Shown piece by piece: positions 36,990-42,595 of a DNA stretch of 42,595 bases (the first letter of the stretch is position 1; each line of letters starts with the position of its first letter). A model generated the notes under the pieces. That model was not told the DNA's origin, made no database searches, and saw only the letters and a program-made list of their open reading frames with translations. Made by a program: the position numbers and the translations under genes. This DNA is from a virus (lineage: Duplodnaviria > Caudoviricetes). Where the stretch lies: the IMG/VR virus record IMGVR_UViG_3300020440_000026, positions 1 to 42,595 of that record, one strand, 5' to 3'.

Positions 36990-37802
36990 ATGCAAACACA
37001 CAAGAAAGATTCCAAGACTATAAAATTTGAAACTGATCAGCAGGTTATGGACCGTATTGCTACTCGTTTTAGTATACTACACGACATGACCAAAGCAGTA
37101 ATTGCTGGTGATGTTAGAGCTATGATTGTTACTGGACCTCCGGGAGTTGGTAAGAGTTTTGGCGTAGAAAAAGAACTAGACAAAAGTTCAATGATGGACA
37201 GTATTGCTGGTAGACCAATTAAGTATGAAGTTGTAAAAGGTGCAATGACTGCACTAGGTTTGTATGCAAAACTGTATGAACATGCAGATGCTAATCATGT
37301 GTTGGTATTTGATGATTGCGACAGTGTGCTAATGGACGAACTAAGTCTTAACATACTAAAGGCAGCACTTGATTCAGGTAAAAAACGTGTTCTCCACTGG
37401 AATGCGGACAGTGCAAAACTTAGATCAGAAGGTATTCCTAACAAGTTTGAATTCAAAGGTGGTGTAATTTTTATTACCAACGTAAAGTTTGAGAATGTTA
37501 GAAGTAAAAAACTACAAGATCATTTAGAAGCACTGCAATCAAGATGTCATTATTTAGATCTTACACTTGATACCATGAGAGACAAGTTCTTACGTATTAA
37601 ACAAATTTGTTCAACAGGTGAACTGTTTAAGGATTATGACATGAGTCAAGATGCACAAGATCAAGTTATCGACTTCATGGACGAAGTTAAGGATAAATTA
37701 AGAGAAGTAAGTTTGAGAATGGCGTTGAAGATAGCAGATCTTACTAAGGTAAGTCCTAATTGGAAGGAACTTGCTGAAAACACTGTTATGAGACGCAGAT
37801 AG
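36990..37802 (+). CDS. P-loop (AAA+-like) ATPase of unknown function
   Basis: GPPGVGKS Walker A, VLVFDDCD Walker B, IFITN, ALQSR; AGGAG RBS fixes the start at 36990. Confidence 0.85.
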   Translation: MQTHKKDSKTIKFETDQQVMDRIATRFSILHDMTKAVIAGDVRAMIVTGPPGVGKSFGVEKELDKSSMMDSIAGRPIKYEVVKGAMTALGLYAKLYEHADANHVLVFDDCDSVLMDELSLNILKAALDSGKKRVLHWNADSAKLRSEGIPNKFEFKGGVIFITNVKFENVRSKKLQDHLEALQSRCHYLDLTLDTMRDKFLRIKQICSTGELFKDYDMSQDAQDQVIDFMDEVKDKLREVSLRMALKIADLTKVSPNWKELAENTVMRRR

Positions 37803-37841
37803 AATAGGTTGTCATATCAGATCTAGCTCCTGGACAACCTT

Positions 37842-37876
37842 AGATGGGCAGTTGAAATATACTGCTCATCTTCTTT
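37842..37876 (+). terminator. Probable Rho-independent terminator
   Basis: agatgggcagt-tgaaatat-actgctcatct-tcttt. Confidence 0.7.
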
Positions 37877-37891
37877 AGTATAAGTAACCAT

Positions 37892-39034
37892 ATGCCCTTT
37901 TGTTATGCACCGTGGACTAATATTGATATAAGCCCACAAGGAGACATTGCTCCTTGTTGTAAGTTTCGTCATGAATTGCATCAGCATAAGATACAGAATA
38001 TCATGAACGATGATTTGAAATCTTATGATGAGAGCAATTTATTAAACGAAATTAAACAAGATTTTCTCAAAAACCAATGGCCAGCAGGGTGCATTAGATG
38101 TCGCATCGAAGAAGAAAATGGAATCGAAAGCAAGAGACAACTTGATTATGAAAGATGGGAAGATCATTATAATAAGCACAATATTAATAAAGATGGGTAC
38201 ATAACTGGTAGTGTAGCATTTGGAAACACTTGTAATCTAGCTTGTATTACCTGTGGTCCTGGTGCAAGTAGTAGGTGGTATAAAGAACACGAATTGATAT
38301 ATTCGAGATCAGTGAAACCTGTACATTTTTATAAAGAAAACTTTGTAACTGACTTTATCTCGCAGTGCCCAGATTTAATTCACCTTGACATTTCAGGGGG
38401 CGAACCTTTTTTGAGTGGTGTGGCACAACAAAAAGAATTATTAGATTTTTATATAGAAACAGGACAAGCAAAAAATATTACTATACATTACACTACTAAT
38501 GCTACAGTATATCCTGATCAAGAGTGGTGGAGTAAATGGAAAAACTTCAAAGAAATAGACATGCAGCTAAGTATTGATGGGGTGAATGCTCGTTATGAAT
38601 ATATTCGATATCATGCAAGTTGGAAAGATCTTGAAAAAAATGTGGATCAATTTGTACAAGCAGAACACGACTGTGGTAATCTAAGGCTAAGTGTAAGCCA
38701 TACTCTAAGTGCATATAACATATACTATCTAGACGAGCTTTTTAATTGGTGCAAACAAAAAAGATTACCTGCACCGTGGATCGGAAGGGTGCATAGGCCA
38801 GCTCATATGAGATTCAGTGTGTGGCCTAGCAGTATCAAGAAAAAAATTGTTGATTATCTTAGTAAATCACTTAACAAAGAAACTATTGTATGGGCAAACT
38901 TTTTAAAAAATACTGACGATAGTGAATACTTCAGCGAATTCGTAGAAAAAACATATGCACATGACCAGTACAGAGGAAATAGTTTCTCTGACACATTTCC
39001 TGAATTACAAAATCTTATAAAAAATCATGGGTAA
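37892..39034 (+). CDS. Radical SAM protein with N-terminal twitch-like domain
   Basis: FCYAPW..APCC, NTCNLACITC, SGGEPF, YTTN, SIDG. Confidence 0.9.
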   Translation: MPFCYAPWTNIDISPQGDIAPCCKFRHELHQHKIQNIMNDDLKSYDESNLLNEIKQDFLKNQWPAGCIRCRIEEENGIESKRQLDYERWEDHYNKHNINKDGYITGSVAFGNTCNLACITCGPGASSRWYKEHELIYSRSVKPVHFYKENFVTDFISQCPDLIHLDISGGEPFLSGVAQQKELLDFYIETGQAKNITIHYTTNATVYPDQEWWSKWKNFKEIDMQLSIDGVNARYEYIRYHASWKDLEKNVDQFVQAEHDCGNLRLSVSHTLSAYNIYYLDELFNWCKQKRLPAPWIGRVHRPAHMRFSVWPSSIKKKIVDYLSKSLNKETIVWANFLKNTDDSEYFSEFVEKTYAHDQYRGNSFSDTFPELQNLIKNHG

Positions 39035-40334
39035 AAGACAACAACATCCAATGAACAAAGAGTTAGAAAAACGAAGTAAGTTTTTCTGTCCAGCCAAATG
39101 GACTGAGCTTTATCTCTATTTAAACCATGGCAATAGCAATAGTTGCCACCATCCAATTCCGCATAAAGTCCCTGAGAACATGTTGAATGATCCGTTTGTT
39201 CTCCATAACACTCCTCACAAACTAGAAATGCAGCAACAGATGTTAGATGGTATTCGACCCAAAGAATGTCACATGTGTTGGCATATCGAAGATAGTAATC
39301 CAGATGTAATTAGTGATAGACTTTTAAAAAGCAAAGAATGGAAAAACGAAATACCTTATTTGAAAATAGATCCGCACTACATTCCAAAGTTTATAGAGGT
39401 TGTGTTTGATAACATTTGCAATCTAAACTGTAGTTACTGTGATCCTGGGCAGAGTACTCAATGGGCTACAAAAGTACAAAAAAATCCATTGCATTTAGAA
39501 ACAGATTATAGAAACCTGTATAGTAAGATTCATATTAAAAACGCCGTTAGTAACAACAAATATGTTGATGCATGGAACCAATGGTGGCCAGTGATTTCAC
39601 ACGAAGTTCAAACTTTAAAAATTAGCGGCGGCGAGCCTCTTGTCAGTAATAATTTTTGGAATTTTGTAGATATTTTGATACTGGATAAGTATCCTCATTT
39701 AAACTTTAGTATTAACAGTAACTTTAGTGTAGATTCTAATTTTGTTACAAAATTTGTAAATCTCAGTGATTATTTCAAACAGATTAAAGTTTCTGCTAGT
39801 TTAGATGCCGTAGGACCAATTGCTGAATATTCAAGACAAAATTTAAATTATGAGTTGTTTTTAGACAATACTTACAGATTTTTAACAGACTCAGTAGACA
39901 ATTGTTTTTATAAACTTCAGAGCACGGTTAATATTTTAAACATTTTTGGTTTAAAAGACAAATTTCAACTCGGTATTGATCTAAGAAAACGTTATGGAAA
40001 TAAGATTAAAAGTTTCTATACCACTGTGGTAAGATTTCCTGAATTTCAATCAATTAAATTGCTTCCCACAGAATTGCAAACACAACTCAGAGACGAACTG
40101 GAAAAATGGTATAACGAAAATAACGATTGGTTATTAAACGATGAAAAACAAGGAGTGCAAAAAATAATTTCATATTTGACAGACTCTCCAGAATTTTTAT
40201 ACAACCTTGATAAGGACAAATTACAAGTAGACTTTAAAAAATTTTTACTTTATTACAATAAAACCAGTAAGCATCAATATCAAGATATATATCCTGAAAG
40301 TTTTTTACGATGGATAGATTCGATCGAGACTTAA
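39027..40334 (+). CDS. Radical SAM protein with N-terminal twitch-like domain
   Basis: FCPAKW..SCHHP, C..CW, NICNLNCSYC, SGGEPL, SLD. Confidence 0.9.
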   Translation: MGKRQQHPMNKELEKRSKFFCPAKWTELYLYLNHGNSNSCHHPIPHKVPENMLNDPFVLHNTPHKLEMQQQMLDGIRPKECHMCWHIEDSNPDVISDRLLKSKEWKNEIPYLKIDPHYIPKFIEVVFDNICNLNCSYCDPGQSTQWATKVQKNPLHLETDYRNLYSKIHIKNAVSNNKYVDAWNQWWPVISHEVQTLKISGGEPLVSNNFWNFVDILILDKYPHLNFSINSNFSVDSNFVTKFVNLSDYFKQIKVSASLDAVGPIAEYSRQNLNYELFLDNTYRFLTDSVDNCFYKLQSTVNILNIFGLKDKFQLGIDLRKRYGNKIKSFYTTVVRFPEFQSIKLLPTELQTQLRDELEKWYNENNDWLLNDEKQGVQKIISYLTDSPEFLYNLDKDKLQVDFKKFLLYYNKTSKHQYQDIYPESFLRWIDSIET

Positions 40335-40360
40335 TGTTCAAAAAATATTGCCCACTTTCA

Positions 40361-40389
40361 TTGACTTAATACAAAAAACTATATATAAT
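40361..40389 (+). promoter_or_regulatory. Sigma70-type promoter TTGACT-17-TATAAT, likely leaderless
   Basis: ATG 40396 lies 6 nt after the -10, with no RBS. Confidence 0.75.
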
Positions 40390-40395
40390 TACTAC

Positions 40396-41859
40396 ATGAA
40401 AACGGCAACACTAATAATAAATGATGAAGTGAATCTAAAGATATCAGGATTGGATCTTGATGTTCGTAAAAAATTAGTTAACACTTTTAAATATGACGTA
40501 CCACATGCAAGATACCTGCCAGCAGTGCGTCTTGGGCGTTGGGATGGTAAAGTTGCCTACTTTCAAATGGGTGGCAGTACCTACTTAAATTTGTTGCCTG
40601 AAATTGTTCCTATACTAGAAGATTTCAATTACGACGTTGACATACAAGATAACCGTGAATACCAAACAGTATTTCAGTTTGATTCGGTTGCAGAAGATAC
40701 TTACAGCGACATTATGTGGCCAAAGAATCATCCTGCATCCGACACTCCTATTGTGCTAAGAGACTACCAAGTAGAGATCATAAACAGTTTCTTGCAAAAC
40801 CCACAGTGCATACAAGAAGTAGCAACAGGTGCTGGCAAAACAATCATGACTGCTAGTTTAAGTGAACGTGTAGAAAATTATGGACGTAGTATTGTAATAG
40901 TTCCTAACAAAAGTTTGGTTACACAAACAGAAACAGATTATGCAAACATGCAACTTGATGTTGGAGTATTCTATGGTGACAGAAAAGAGTTTGGACACAA
41001 ACATACCATATGCACATGGCAAAGTCTAAATGTATTATTGAAGAATACAAAGAATCAAACAGTTGATATTACCATACATGAGTTTTTAGAAGATGTAGTT
41101 TGTGTAATAGTTGACGAAGTACACATGGCAAAAGCAGATGCACTGAAAACACTGCTAACTGGTGTAATGGCTAAAGTACCATTGCGTTGGGGACTAACAG
41201 GAACAGTACCAAAAGAACTATATGAATTTCAAGCATTGCATTGTAGTTTGGGTCCAGTTATAAATCAACTAGCCGCAAGTGAGCTACAGGAAAAAGGCGT
41301 ACTTGCAAACTGTCACGTAAATGTTGTACAGTTGGTTGATCATGCAGAATTTACAAACTATCAGAGCGAATTAAAATACCTATTTGAAGAAAAAGGGCGA
41401 TTAGATACCATTGCAGGCTTGGTTATTGAAGTAAATAAAACTGGTAATACATTGGTATTGGTTGATAGAATAAGTGCTGGTACAGAACTGCTTAACCGTA
41501 TGGGCGATGACGCAGTGTTTGTAAGTGGTGCAACCAAAGCAAAAGACAGACAGGAAGAATATGATGAAGTGGCTACTGCGACAGGTAAAATCATTATTGC
41601 TACATATGGTGTCGCGGCCGTGGGTATTAATTTGCCACGTATATTCAATCTTGTCCTTTTGGAGCCTGGTAAAAGTTTTGTACGGGTTATACAAAGTATT
41701 GGCAGGGGTATTCGGAAAGCGGAAGACAAAGACCACGTACAAATCTGGGACATAACATCAACTTGCAGATTTGCAAAAAGACACCTAACCAAACGTAAAG
41801 CATTCTATAGAGAAGCAAACTATCCGTATAGTGTAGAAAAACTAGACTGGAATGCATAA
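40396..41859 (+). CDS. uvsW: SF2 DNA helicase UvsW-like
   Basis: LRDYQ, ATGAGKT, DEVH, GLTGT, QSIGRGIR. Confidence 0.92.
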   Translation: MKTATLIINDEVNLKISGLDLDVRKKLVNTFKYDVPHARYLPAVRLGRWDGKVAYFQMGGSTYLNLLPEIVPILEDFNYDVDIQDNREYQTVFQFDSVAEDTYSDIMWPKNHPASDTPIVLRDYQVEIINSFLQNPQCIQEVATGAGKTIMTASLSERVENYGRSIVIVPNKSLVTQTETDYANMQLDVGVFYGDRKEFGHKHTICTWQSLNVLLKNTKNQTVDITIHEFLEDVVCVIVDEVHMAKADALKTLLTGVMAKVPLRWGLTGTVPKELYEFQALHCSLGPVINQLAASELQEKGVLANCHVNVVQLVDHAEFTNYQSELKYLFEEKGRLDTIAGLVIEVNKTGNTLVLVDRISAGTELLNRMGDDAVFVSGATKAKDRQEEYDEVATATGKIIIATYGVAAVGINLPRIFNLVLLEPGKSFVRVIQSIGRGIRKAEDKDHVQIWDITSTCRFAKRHLTKRKAFYREANYPYSVEKLDWNA

Positions 41860-41868
41860 GGAGAAAAA

Positions 41869-42369
41869 ATGAGAATACTAACACTAGACAATACTGTGTT
41901 TGAAGTAGATACACTGCCAGAAGAGATAGATGACTTGCGTTTTGCAATTTTTGATAATAGTGATCCACAAAATCCAGATCATTTGTACATACCATTGATA
42001 TTTCTAGAAACTTTCAATTCACCAGCACTGGTGTTACGTATTGGAGATCGAACAATGAAAATGCCAATTGATTGGCAGGTATTAATTGGTGAACCTGATG
42101 TAGGTGATTTAGAAATGTTACCACTTACAAGTATCAATGATAGAGGATTTAAAATATTTCAGTTCAATCCATTGACCAGTTTCAGACCTAGTTACATGAA
42201 TATTGAAATAATCGATGTTTATCAAGATGTGACTTGGTATGTACCTAAACTGAAGAATGGACAGATGTTGGCAGTACCAGTTGAAGACAAAAATGATCCA
42301 CGATGTGCATACTTTGTTAAAGACATCAGTCGCAACTGCGAAATTGTAGAATACAACAAGGCATGGTAA
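41869..42369 (+). CDS. Phage hypothetical protein
   Basis: TAAGGAG RBS, 166 aa. Confidence 0.8.
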   Translation: MRILTLDNTVFEVDTLPEEIDDLRFAIFDNSDPQNPDHLYIPLIFLETFNSPALVLRIGDRTMKMPIDWQVLIGEPDVGDLEMLPLTSINDRGFKIFQFNPLTSFRPSYMNIEIIDVYQDVTWYVPKLKNGQMLAVPVEDKNDPRCAYFVKDISRNCEIVEYNKAW

Positions 42370-42370
42370 G

Positions 42371-42595
42371 ATGGAATTTTCCAAAGGCATATGGCATGTA
42401 TTGACAAAACAAGTTGAAGATAGTATAATACTAGCAATTGTATTTTTCTTTGGCCATGTACTGATTGCAATGGCAGTTGTTAGTATAGTTACTGGAGCAA
42501 GTTTTTGGGAGGCAGGAGTAGTGGCACTGATCGAACCTGCAATCAACAGCATCTGGTTTTTGTTATTACACAAGATATGGAAAAACTACAGTGAG
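42371..42595 (+). CDS. Small membrane protein (DUF2061-like), runs off the window edge
   Basis: MEFSKGIWH...IILAIVFFFGHVLIAMAVVSIVTG...ALIEPAINSIWFLLLHKIW; hydrophobic helices. Confidence 0.65.
   Translation, partial: MEFSKGIWHVLTKQVEDSIILAIVFFFGHVLIAMAVVSIVTGASFWEAGVVALIEPAINSIWFLLLHKIWKNYSE

Noticed and set aside
17457-41859. Inteins or introns in TerL, UvsX, UvsW
   Set aside because: Lengths are ordinary, motifs are contiguous, and no C...HN splice signatures were seen
402-42573. Numerous 60-160 aa antisense or alternate-frame ORFs in the ORF track
   Set aside because: They are shadows of well-supported genes, with no RBS, promoter or recognisable motifs
1-42595. Stop-codon reassignment
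   Set aside because: Core genes are full length in the standard code, and TAA, TAG and TGA all end genes at sensible positions
1-42595. CRISPR array, tRNA or rRNA genes, IS elements
   Set aside because: No regularly spaced repeats, cloverleaf or T-loop signatures, or transposase seen by eye; intergenic spaces are short

Overview
A 42.6-kb AT-rich fragment of a large, distantly T4-related myovirus, read with the standard genetic code. Host is unknown, but the promoters are sigma70-type. Contents in order: divergent early genes; neck gp13; DexA-like exonuclease; dNMP kinase; HNH-like ORF; tail sheath, tail tube and a tube paralog; head completion gp4; probable small terminase; a block of acidic putative internal head proteins; SNase-like nuclease; radical SAM; large terminase; gp32 SSB, UvsX and UvsY; a ~11.6-kb sugar-nucleotide, glycosyltransferase and methyltransferase island; an early cassette with a SutA-like protein and a P-loop ATPase; two more radical SAMs; and UvsW. 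The most unusual signals are regulatory. Six genes have a late-type TAA(A/G)TA box exactly 5 nt before the ATG (leaderless late mRNAs). Four early promoters share a 16-bp spacer and an AGTTAGAA initial-transcribed motif. There is also a candidate ~100-nt late sRNA, twin identical-loop hairpins plus a uORF in the ssb leader, and 3' hairpins carrying anti-Shine-Dalgarno sequences. Family calls come from motif recognition by eye; no database searches were run.
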